DNA of 64,000 nt from contig OZ024746.1 of assembly GCA_964016885.1 (NCBI GenBank), forward strand, positions 45,508,001 to 45,572,000, read 5' to 3'. Numbering within the stretch: the first letter of the stretch is position 1; every line of letters starts with the position of its first letter. The position numbers and the translations under genes were made by a program. The notes under the pieces were generated by a model. It ran no database searches. It saw only the letters and a program-made list of their open reading frames with translations, and was not told the DNA's origin. This document shows, in pieces, positions 52,901 to 64,000 of the stretch. The DNA is from Eledone cirrhosa (taxonomy: Eukaryota).

Positions 52901-54091
52901 GATTTTGATAACCCTACAAAAGAGGCTAACATAGGAAGTAAAAGAGGGTTAATATAAGATATATGGATTATGGAAAATACGTTTATATGTATATAAATAA
53001 ATATACATGCTACCGTGTATAGAAAAATAAAAGTTAAACAGTGATGATGATGATAATATCCTGTTGAAAAATTATGACGAACATGGTTCCTTTCACCAGC
53101 TTAGGGTGAAGATCTAGGCAATAGGTTTCATTGTTATTTAACAATTCATTGATATTTGCAGAGAGTAACATATTAAAATGTAACAATACTTGTAACTGGT
53201 ATAGCTTGTTTACAAAAGGATACAAGTATTAATAGCCCAACAATATTTACTAGAGCACCAATTCACTGTGATATACTTAGGAAACCATATATTTATTAAG
53301 TTTCATTGTGAAATAAAGCCATCAACCTTGTACAAATATTTAAATTAGATTACAGGATTTGATTACAGTCAGTTACAGGATTTGTTTACATTTTAATAAA
53401 CAGTCTTCCACTACTATCTTCAGTTAGATTAAATACATGTAGATATGACTTGGAATATTTATCTGTTCATAACCCACATTTTCTTAGAACTCTAGTAATT
53501 TATATGTATTTAATATATTAGTTTATCTGTAACAATATATGAACACATGATCATATAGTCATTTCTACTATTGTTAAACAGGGAATTGCATATCCCCAAT
53601 AATAAAACACACCAAAGTTATAGTCAAATGGTTGATATGAGATCAGTTTCAGATATTCATCTATGAAGAATTTACTCCAACTGTAAATGGTAAATATGAT
53701 AATTTGAGAACAATCCAAACCCAGTATAGCATAGATAAACTTTGAAAGCATTTATGATTAATGTAATATTTAATGTAAAATTTATAAGCCACCAGTAGAG
53801 ACAAAGAATGACTTCTGATATGGTTCCAATGTTGAAGTAGCATTGTTTTATGTTTTCCCATTATTTTTGTTATGCTAGAATGTCTTTAATTTTCCTGCAG
53901 ATATAGATATTTTCATAAATTATTGGAGCAAATTTTTTAATGGCTTAATATCTGTTCTAACACTTACCAGTTAACAATGAAGTAAATATTGTTAGATTAA
54001 AGTAAATACAGTGATCTATTTATGTAAGAACCTAAAACAAAAGAAGTGGTAAGGTTTGAAATCATGACATTCGATTCTACAATAAAACACC

Positions 54092-54320
54092 TTAGCCCTT
54101 TAGCATTTAAACTGGCCATATCCGGCCAGAATTCTCTCACCTTTTTCTGTTCAAACTGGCCATAACTGGTTGCTCATACTGATGTTAAGGTATTGTTATC
54201 AAAATAAATAACATCAGAATCTCATACATTCAATATTATGTGAGATAATTATGTGAGGTAAAGCCTTTACCACAAAAATACAATAGCATATATGGAATAA
54301 TGTAAATGCTAAATGGTTAA
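54092..54320. mobile_element. piggyBac-like MITE, copy 2
   Basis: ttag|ccctttagcattta ... taaatgctaaatgg|ttaa; homologous to 45896-46126. Confidence 0.75.
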
Positions 54321-55149
54321 ATATACTAATATCATGTGTTTACTTGAAATGGATTTTGAATGGAATATAGTTCTATAACTTCAACATAAACAACAAAATT
54401 ATATAATTTAATCAGAAATTATCCTGCTGAATTTCTTGGACATGGCAATCAAAGAATTAGCAATGATTTCCCATTAAATGGAAATTAGAATATTGTATAA
54501 ACATTTGTAAAAGATAATTAGTTAATGTTTGTAGGAAATTAAAAACAAACTTGAAACTATTAAATCTCCTGATTACCTAAATTAGGTGTATTTCTAAGAA
54601 ACAAGATTAATTTGATTTTGAAAATTTCCTGCTAAATCATAATAAAACTATTTGCACACTAGAAAATCATTAATTGTTCAATTAGGAATAACAAGGTTAC
54701 TATTGTACATGCGTATTAAATAACTTTGCTACGAAGCTACTTGGTTTATGTGTGGATGCCAGTAAAAAGTCAAAGATGACACTCAAATATTTTAGGATTT
54801 ACGATTTTTGTGACTATATCTCTAATGAAATGCATTATCTATGTTTTAATTAAGTGTGAATATAATCAAGAATTTGGAGTAAGAATGTTTTTCCCTTTGA
54901 AGTTAGTGTTTAATACATTACTGAACAAGAGGTTCTTACAGAAAATTATGATGGAAGGTTTCAGTTATGAACACTTTTAAACAGTCTTGTATCATAGAAG
55001 CAGGAATAGTTTCAATAGTGTTGGTATGTAAAGAGTTAATCTGTGTCAGAAAGATAAGACAATCTTACCTCTAGGATTGTATGGTATGATGTGGTCTTGT
55101 CACTCTTTAGAGATGTAAGAGCACAGTATTGACCTACAGTGTTTCTTGT

Positions 55150-55340
55150 GCCTGAGTACAACAGATTTCTTCCCGAGAAAGGAGGAATTGACCCCAGTAC
55201 TAGACTGCTACTTTTTTATCGACCTTAAAAGGATGAAAGGCAAAGTTGACCCCATTGGGTTTGAACTCAGAGAACAGACAGTCGGAATGAATACCATAAA
55301 GCATTCTATCCGACATTCTAATGACTCTGCCAATTCACAA
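55150..55340 (-). mobile_element. Family-A SINE
   Basis: Reverse complement of the B-box and the gcctttcatccttttaaggtcgataaaa domain. Confidence 0.75.
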
Positions 55341-55819
55341 CCTCTAGGATTAACAATGTCCAATGGCTCACTTAATGCATTAAGTGACATACCAACCTAA
55401 TTTAGGTAACATCACTAGATGACCTAAAGTCTATCTGAATCATGTAGAATTCAGTGTCCAACCCTAAATAAATAATGAATTATCTAAAGTGAGTTTGAAC
55501 TCAACACATATAACCTATTACCCTAATACTTAATTCATTTGACCACTGATTAAACATTGAAACTAGCAACTGGTTAAGCTTAGTTGACCTGTTTACTGTA
55601 AATGTATAAATCATACAGAGTTAACTTGCATTATAATGATAAATGAAGGTTAGTAATCAGCATTGATTCAACCAGAAATGAGAATAAATACAGATTTATC
55701 TTGGTATCTGATTATAGTTTATACTACTGTCAATTGATATGGATTATGTGAATTAGAATATATTCATATATAAAATATAACTAAGCACATGTATGTGAGA
55801 TACTCTAATTTATCCCTAT

Positions 55820-56110
55820 GATGGTGCATAGTTTAGTACTTAGGTTTATGATTGAAAGGCTGAGTTCAATTCCCCACTGTATGTTGTGTTCTTGAGCAAC
55901 ACACTTTATTTCACATTGCTCCAGTACACTATACTGACAAAAATAAGTTATACATGTAATTCAAAAGTCCAGCTTTGTCACACATGGTGTCGTCCCACTG
56001 AATCTCTCTGTGAACTAACTGAAGGTTATATGTGTCTGTGGAATGCTCAGCCCTTTACATGTTAATTTCATGAGCAGACTGTTCCATTGTCAGAACCAGC
56101 AGAGATCCAA
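55820..56110 (+). mobile_element. CORE-type tRNA SINE related to family C
   Basis: gagttcaattcc B-box, then gttgtgttcttgagcaacacactttatttcacattgctccagtacact shared with 4207-4493. Confidence 0.7.
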
Positions 56111-56199
56111 CAATAACAACAATAATTTTTCCCTATATGTATTTGAATGTACACAAGAATTCAGGTAGTAAAACGTTGTACAAATCACAAAATAAAAAT

Positions 56200-58110
56200 T
56201 TGTACATATTGGTGTATAACATGCAGGAGAAGTACATAGTTAAAATAAACCCCTCTAATTAGTTTTTGTTGACTTCGAGAAAGCCTTTGACAGAGACCCC
56301 TCATTCCATTATCTCATGGACTCATAGAAAACTAGGAGTAGATGAGTAGCTTGTGAAGGCAGTACAAGCCATGTATAGAGGAACAGTTAGCAAGATTAGA
56401 AGTAACAACAGCAAAAGTGAAGAATTTAGCATGCAGATAGTTGTTTGTCAGGACTGTCATTAGTCCTCTCCTGTTTATTATTGCCCATCAGGCTATAACA
56501 GAAGAGTTTAAGACTGGCTGCACATGGGAACTTCTGTATGTAGATTATCGAATCCTCATAACTGAATTTATGACAGAATTAAAGAAGAAATCCCAAACCT
56601 GGAAGCATGGCCGAGAATCAAAAGTTATTAAAGTTAACTTCTCAAAGACTTAAGTCATAGTATGTAGAAAAGAAAATAGGGCTGTAATCCCCTCAGGGAA
56701 ATATCTTTGCTCAGTGTGCAGGAAAGAAGTAGATAGAAATTCCATTCTATGTCCCAAATCCAAGCTATGGGTACATAAAAAATGTAGTGGGATCATATGC
56801 AGGCTATTAAATAATGTAGGCTTTATATGCGGTCAATGCACAGGTGCAGTAAGTAGCAAATGCCCTCAAGATACTAGTTCCTTCAAATGCCCAGATGGTT
56901 CTGTAGAAATAGTCAACCGTTTCTGTTACCTGGGTTACCAAATCAGCAGTGGAGGAAGTTGTTCTGAAAGTGCAGTAGCCAGGGTAAGAGCGGGATGGAA
57001 AAAGTTCAAGGAGCTATGAATACTGCTAGCTACAAAAGGTTTTTCCCTTAAAATGAAGGGCAGATTATACAATGCATGTATATGAAAAGCAATATTGCAT
57101 GGTAATGAGACCTGAGCACTGTGTGCGGAAGATCCATGAAGATTGGAAAGAAATGAAGCCTGCATCCTCTAATAGATGTGTAATAGAAATATACATGAAT
57201 GGCAAAGTGTAAATGAACTGAGAGAAATTTGGCATAAGAAGGATCAGATGCAGTGTGCTAGAGAGGAAATTGCATTGGTATGGTAATGTAATGTGTATGA
57301 AGGATGACAGCTGTATAAAAAGTTGATAGAAGCTATAGAGTAGGAATACCCACAAAGACATGAGATAAGGTGATAAAAGCTGACCTTGCACAATTGCATC
57401 TCTCAAAGACAATGGCATAGGATCAAGATCTTTGGCATTATTCAATAATACAGAAGACTCACCTTCTCATGCATATTGGTTTAAAACATATATCTAGTAG
57501 ACACATCTTAATCACTATACTCCCTTCCATATACCTCCCACACACCCACTTCTGATTACACCACCCTTACACTGTAAATTTATTGTGTTGGTATCACAAA
57601 AAAGCATTCCAGCCCACACATAATGGGGGGGGGGGTCTTAGTCACATATGCGCCCACCAATCTTAAGGAACTACTTCTTCCAATCTCCCACACTCTCCAC
57701 AGTTGTCTCTTGAAGGCTGCCCCCACAACCTAACATGTACTTTCACTCTCTCCAATCCTTCTTGAATGATGCTCTCTTGAGAAGCAACCTGCATGTACCA
57801 TTACTCATACAGTGCCATTTTCATCATGCTCTCATCTCCCCACAACAATTCTCATAACTACTTCTTTATATGTCTTTGCGTTCACAATATTTACGTGTTA
57901 ATTCTACAGTAGAATGCTCTCAATAAATACTTTAACATGGTTGGTATTAGGAAAGGCATTCATGTGTAGAAACAATACCAAACTGAACAAAATGAGTAGG
58001 ACATGGTCATCTGACCTGCCTAGTCTCAAAATGAGAAAACGCTTTCAACAATTGCCAGTGTAGGAAACAGATGTAAAACAACTATGACGATGAGGATGAT
58101 TATTATGATG
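56200..58110 (+). mobile_element. Older, decayed RTE LINE copy of the same family as 5830-7075
   Basis: FVDFEKAFDR, SPLLFII, WELLYVD, the same PHD insert (CSVCRKEVDRNSILCPKSKLWVHKKCSG..FICGQC) and FCYLG; 3' UTR-like sequence runs to a (GAT)-type tail at ~58085-58110. Confidence 0.88.
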
Positions 58111-60039
58111 AACATCAGGTTAAAGGTCTACATTTTGTGTACATATGGTCCAGCACTCTCCTGAGTGCACCGGGTGCATTTTTATTGTGGCAGCAACACT
58201 ACAGAGGTTATCATGTCTTTGACACAGCTGAAGATTCCACCCAACACTTCAATTATCAAGTTTCTGGATGCTCTTCTTACACCCACCACTTTACAGATTA
58301 TGTTGAGTGCATTTGTCATGTAGATCCCTAATACTAGAGACACAATTCAAATGTCCTTTCAACCCTTTTTAGCATAGTTTCTACTGGCAAATGTTTTTCC
58401 TATCATCAACCACCTTTAGGGTATATTAGATGCAATTTTTGTAGCAACAGCACTAGAGAGGTTGTTATGTCTTAACTTGAGGGACCTCGCAACCCTTTTG
58501 AGCATTGTTTCTATGACAGGAAGCCCTTCCTAACACCAAACATAATTCAGAGTGTACTGGGTGCATGATATCATGGCACCATTATTAATGAATTTATCAT
58601 TCAAAAGATAAAAAAAGGCTATTTTTATCCTTTGGGGCATGTAATGTGGGAATATGATCTAGCAGGTAAGGTGGATGATAAGTATATCCTGGGTAATGAC
58701 AAAGGTTTAGTGGGAGGGAGGAATGACAAGTTCGATGTCATGAGTTCGATTGTGAGAGTGATATGAGGTTGACACACAAACATGCATTCATACATAAATA
58801 CATATTTGTATACTTGCATATATGCATAATATATCGTATATCATACAATATAGGAAATATATTTATATGTTGTGTTAAACTATCAAAGGAGGTGTTATGA
58901 AGTGTCTTCACATGTGTAATGTAGAAGACAAATTTCCCTTTTACCTTTGAAATAAAAAACATGTGTCAGAACCTAAATCTTAGGACAGCATGCTAGACAC
59001 TGATTGAATGGTAAAAAGTTAACCCATGCTAACATATTGGTCACAAATATTTTAGTGTGATGTGTACAGAAGTGTGCAATTTTCTGTGTATGCATATATT
59101 CCTTAACAGATTATTGACTCTGCATTCACTCTCATCACTTATAATATGATCGTTCCCACCTGATACTTCACACTAACCACCTAAAACTGAATTATATTAC
59201 CCTTGGCATGTTGTCTTTTTTTTTCTCTCAGAGAGACTAGGGAATTTTTGCTAACAAGGACTTGATGGATCAAAGGTTAGGTTGCTGTGAAATGTGTGTT
59301 ATTTTTCTATATTATAAATTAGTGTAACCTCCCGTTAGCATTGATTCAACCTTGTTATCATATTCTACTGTAGGGACATTCTTCTGAAGAGAAGTAAGCT
59401 GAGATCAAAGAATAGGTTATGAAATTTCCCCCTTTCTTTTTTTTTGTTTTTTACACTTTTATAACTATTAGGGTATTTATTTTTGTTTTGTCTTTCTTTT
59501 TTTTTTTAATAATTTCTCCTTTCTACATAGATTTTTCTTCCCCTCATCTTTTTTTAAAAATCGTTTTCCTTTTTGTTGTGTATATTTCGGAAATTATAAG
59601 CTGTGTCATTTTTATGGAATTTTGTCTGTGTATGTATGTGTATGTGTGTTTGTGTATGAGAAAAATGAGAAAAGTGATAGGAAATATAGACATGTATAAA
59701 ACATTCACTAGTTCATGTATCTATATATATGTATATATATATATATATATATGTGTGTGTTTGTGTGTGGTTCGTTGTGGGTTAGGGTTAGAATACTTTT
59801 AGGAAAATATCACATACACTTGCCTCTACATAAACTGGCTCATACAATTCTGTGAGTATATGTGTATAAATCTCTCACTCTCTTTTATTATATAATATAT
59901 ATGTATGTATGTATGTGCAAGTGTGGTTTGTCTGCATGTGTGTTCTTGTGTAGAGACAGAGAGAGAGAGAAAGAGAATGAGAGGAGTTGATAGGAAAAAA
60001 ATGATAGATCAATCAATAGATAAGTGAAGAAATGCTTAC

Positions 60040-60120
60040 ATACATATATGTATAACTAGATATATAGATATTGAAAAGAGTGTTTGATATGTGTGTATAT
60101 ATGCATGTGTATATATATGC

Positions 60121-60172
<52 letters not shown>

Positions 60173-60400
60173 GTGTGTGTGTGTATATATGCATGTGTAT
60201 ATTCATGTGTATATATATATAAATGTGTGTGGGTGTGTGTATATGCATATATATATATATGAACATATGGATGGATATATATATATATATACATTCCCAT
60301 ACACCTGTACATTCAAATGCATATCTATGCATATACAGATATCAGTGTACATGCATATATATGTTAATATATTTGAAAATGTGAACATATGCATGCAAGT

Positions 60401-60432
<32 letters not shown>

Positions 60433-60477
60433 CCCACATACATTTTCTCATATATATATACATACATATACATATAC

Positions 60478-60518
<41 letters not shown>

Positions 60519-60665
60519 TATATTCACACACACATACACACATATACACACACATACACACACACATATACACACATACACACACACACATATATATATA
60601 TATTTATATATATATATATATATATATATACTCCCACATACACTCTCACACTCTTGAACATACAC
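60040..60665. repeat. Long (TA)n/(TG)n/(CA)n compound microsatellite region
   Basis: Direct reading; source of the Y/I/H/T ORFs. Confidence 0.95.
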
Positions 60666-60914
60666 ATCATGTGACATAAAAATGGTGCGTAGATGAAACA
60701 AAAGGATCAAAGCTATATTATATTTGTGATAGCACTAAAGGGATATTTGTATGAAGAGGAAAAAGCAAAGTTTTTCAATAAAATGCTGTAAAGGGGTTGC
60801 AGAGAAAATGAAAAGTGAATGCTTTATTGTTCAGCTCACATTCAGGTTGGCATGATTGGTGAAGAGACTGCAATAATTAAGCCGCAAATGCTTGTTTCTC
60901 TTGTTGTCATTGTC

Positions 60915-61112
60915 ATCCCTATCATCATCATCATTATCATCACTATATCACCTCCATCTTCATTATTATTATTATTATTATTTGCAGCAGCAGTAGTAGT
61001 AATAGTAGTAGTAATGGTGGTGGTGTTAGCAGTGGCGGAGGTGGCAGCAGCGGTGGCAGTAGTAGTATTAGTAGTAGTAGTAGCAGCAGCTGTAGTAGTA
61101 GTAGTAGTTGTG
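60915..61112. repeat. (ATC)n/(ATT)n/(GTA/GCA)n trinucleotide tract
   Basis: Direct reading. Confidence 0.9.
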
Positions 61113-61184
61113 TTTTAATGTTCCCTTGTACATCACCTTAATAAAGAAATAATTGTTTTTTTTTCTGTTATTATTATTTTTAAT

Positions 61185-62700
61185 GGATTTGTAGAATCAT
61201 TAGAGCATAGGACAAAATGGCTTGTGGCATTTATTTACAACTCTTTACATTTTGAGTTCAAATCCTCTTGTTGGGTCAACTTTGTAATTCATAATATAAT
61301 ATAGCAGTCAAATACTGGAGTCAACGTAATTGGCTATTCCTCCCAACAAATGTGTTGCCTTGAACTAATAAGAGAAATTATCATCATCATATAAAAGGCA
61401 GTGGGTGGCAGCTTCAGTACAGTGACCAACAAAATATCTCGTATTCATTAGTTACTGTCTTTTATGTTCTGAGTTCTAATCTCGTTATAGTAAACTTTAC
61501 CATTTTTTCATCCAAGGCAAATAAAATAAATTACTATTGATAGATATTATGCTACTCCTTCTAGAATGTCTGATATTGTATGCAAGTTCAATATAATGGT
61601 TTCTGATTTAGGCCAACAATTGTGGAGGAGGAGAAAGTCAATTAAATCAACCGCAATGAATTACTGGTACTTTGTTTTATCACCTCCCAAAGGATAAAAG
61701 GCAAAGGTAAACTCAGCGGCATTTGAACTGAGAACGTAAAGGGTCGTAACTAAATGCTGCAAAGCATGTACTCCAACACTCTTCCAATACTGCCAATCCA
61801 GATATCCTGATAATTATCATTAATATCAATCTGAAGGCATTAGATTGACATTATTGGTAGAGCATCAACATGCTTTTCAGCATATAGTTACAGCCATTTA
61901 TGTTCTGAGTTCAAATACCGACAAGGCTAGCTTTGCCTTTCATCCTTAAGGGGGTCGATAAAAGAAAGTACCAATAATACACTAGGGTCGATTTAATCAA
62001 TTTTCACCTCCCACTAAATTATTGGCCTTGTGCCAAAATCCGAAACTATCAATAGTATTAATGGGTGGTGTATTCTCATAATTGTTAGAGCATCAGGTAA
62101 AATATGTCAGTATTCGTTCTGGCTCTTTACAATCAGAATTACAATCTTGCTGGCATCATATATACATTTCATACTTCTGGGGCTGATATAATGGTTTCTG
62201 ATTTAGGCACAAGGCCAACAATTTTAGGGGAGGGAAAGTTGATTAAATCAACTCCAGTGCATTACTGGTACTTTATTTGATCGAACCTATATGGACGAAA
62301 TGCAAAGGTAACCTCGACAGGATTTTTACTCAGAACGTAAAGGTGCATAACTATATGACACAAAGCAATGCTCTACCGATACTGCCAATCCACTGCCCTT
62401 GGAGCTGACATAATAAAATATCAATTGAGTTCTGGAATTGATATATTCTACTGCTCTCTATCTTCAGATCTCTCTCCTTTTACCGATGTTAGATATTACT
62501 AAAAATAGTATATTTGCAGCATCACTGGACAAAATATCTTGCAGTAGGTATTCCAGTTCCCCACATTCTGAGTTCACATCTCACTAAAGACAACTTTACT
62601 TTTCATCCTTGCATGGTCAATAATTTAATAGTCAAATATTGAGTTTGATGGAATCACTTATGCTTTAACACCACAAATTTCTTGCCATATCCTTTCTTAA
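61185..62700. mobile_element. Dense family-A SINE cluster; clear copies at 61597-61800 (-), 61836-62050 (+) and 62190-62400 (-), plus decayed + copies
   Basis: Repeated head, B-box, central and tail modules in both orientations. Confidence 0.85.
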
Positions 62701-63169
62701 AAATTGAACTAATGAAAATAATGTAGGGTAGAAATGCACACCATATATTATGTGAAAGGGCTGGCATTTTGATGAGCATTCAGTCATAGAAACTACACCA
62801 AAATAGAATGTACATACAAGGCATCTTTGGCATATCTAGATGGATCAGATTAAACAAGAATTGATTTGGTAAGTGGTTATATATCTAACCCATATCACTA
62901 TGATACAGACAAAGGCGTTGATAGTGTTCAATGGCAATGCAGATATCTTTTTAATTTATTTTTTTTTGTATATAGCCTCACTTCTGCTCTGATAAAGCTG
63001 ACCAATATTCAAAACTGTCACAGCCTTGATCCATCCTGTCTTTAATGCATAGCATGTTTACAACTACATTATCCAACGTATACATTTTAGGTGGTAGGTA
63101 GGGGGAAATTTGAGGAAAATTTGGCAATTATTTCGAGCAAGTCAAGTGACTATGTGGTTACTGGAGATA

Positions 63170-63815
63170 GCAATTACTGCTCATTGTCTTTGTTGGCGCT
63201 GTTATTGCTGTTCTTGTTCTTGCTTGTCTTTGGGTTTCTGTAGCTGCTGTTTTCATTGCTAATCAGATTTGTTGCCATGGTTATTATTGTCATAACTACT
63301 GCAATTATATATTATATCATTGTTGCATTGTTGTTGTTGTTGTTGCTGTTATTATTGTTTATATTGTGTCCTGTTGTTGTACTTTGTTGTTGTTAAATGG
63401 TTGTTTTGTTGTTGTAGCCATTATCAAGGTAGTTGCTGCTGTTTATGATGTTTATAGTCATTATTAGTGAAGTTATAAAAAGAATACTGCAATTTGTTGT
63501 TATTCCTGTTGTTGCATATGCTATTGTTGTTGTTCTGTCGATGATGTAGTGGCTGTTATTTGTTTGTGAAGTTTGGGAAATCTTGTGGCTATGGTTGCTG
63601 GTATTAGAATCACTGCCATTGATACTGCCGATTTTGCTGCTGCTACTACTACTATTACTACTACTACTGCTGCTGCTGCTACTACCGCTACTACTACTAC
63701 TACTACTACTACTAATAATAATAATAATAATGATAATAATGCTGGTGTTAGTGCTGCTGCTGATACTACTGTTGATGCTACTGCTGCTATTGATATTACT
63801 ATTCCTATTCTAATT
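63170..63815. repeat. Degenerate (GTT/GCT/ACT/AAT)n low-complexity tract
   Basis: Direct reading. Confidence 0.9.
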
Positions 63816-64000
63816 TCTGATATATGAAGAAATAAAACCAAAAAGTGGTTTTAATATCATCTAAGGAAAGATGAATACGATCATCATAATTTGGTATATT
63901 AAAGAAGAAAAAAAACAAAGAAAACATAAATATGACAATGATGACAATGGTGAGGAGGATAATGGCAGCGACAATGACAGTGATGATGATATTGATGACG

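Overview
AT-rich, microsatellite-dense eukaryotic DNA, intergenic or intronic, with no host gene I can support. The repeat repertoire looks like a cephalopod (Octopus-type) genome; this is inferred from the SINE, RTE and microsatellite content. The window is a patchwork of transposable elements. The youngest large one is a near-full-length, GC-rich L1/Tx1-clade LINE (28267-34085) bracketed by (ATT)8 and (ATT)9. There are also several RTE-clade LINE copies whose RT carries an inserted C4HC3 PHD-type finger, decayed R4/Dong LINEs, mariner, hAT, Chapaev-like, Helitron, pogo-like and piggyBac-like relics, and many tRNA-derived SINEs. The most interesting signals are small non-coding inserts in TA-rich or (TA)n sites. 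These are a 440-bp-period ~1.45-mer with a minimal type I hammerhead ribozyme (22636-23275), a fold-back with a second complete hammerhead fold (42290-42475), a decayed hammerhead (345-404) and a ~285-bp-arm near-perfect palindrome (34268-34851). Together they suggest Penelope-like or retrozyme-type ribozyme-carrying mini-retroelements. Folds, alignments and family names were assigned by eye, and boundaries of decayed elements are approximate.
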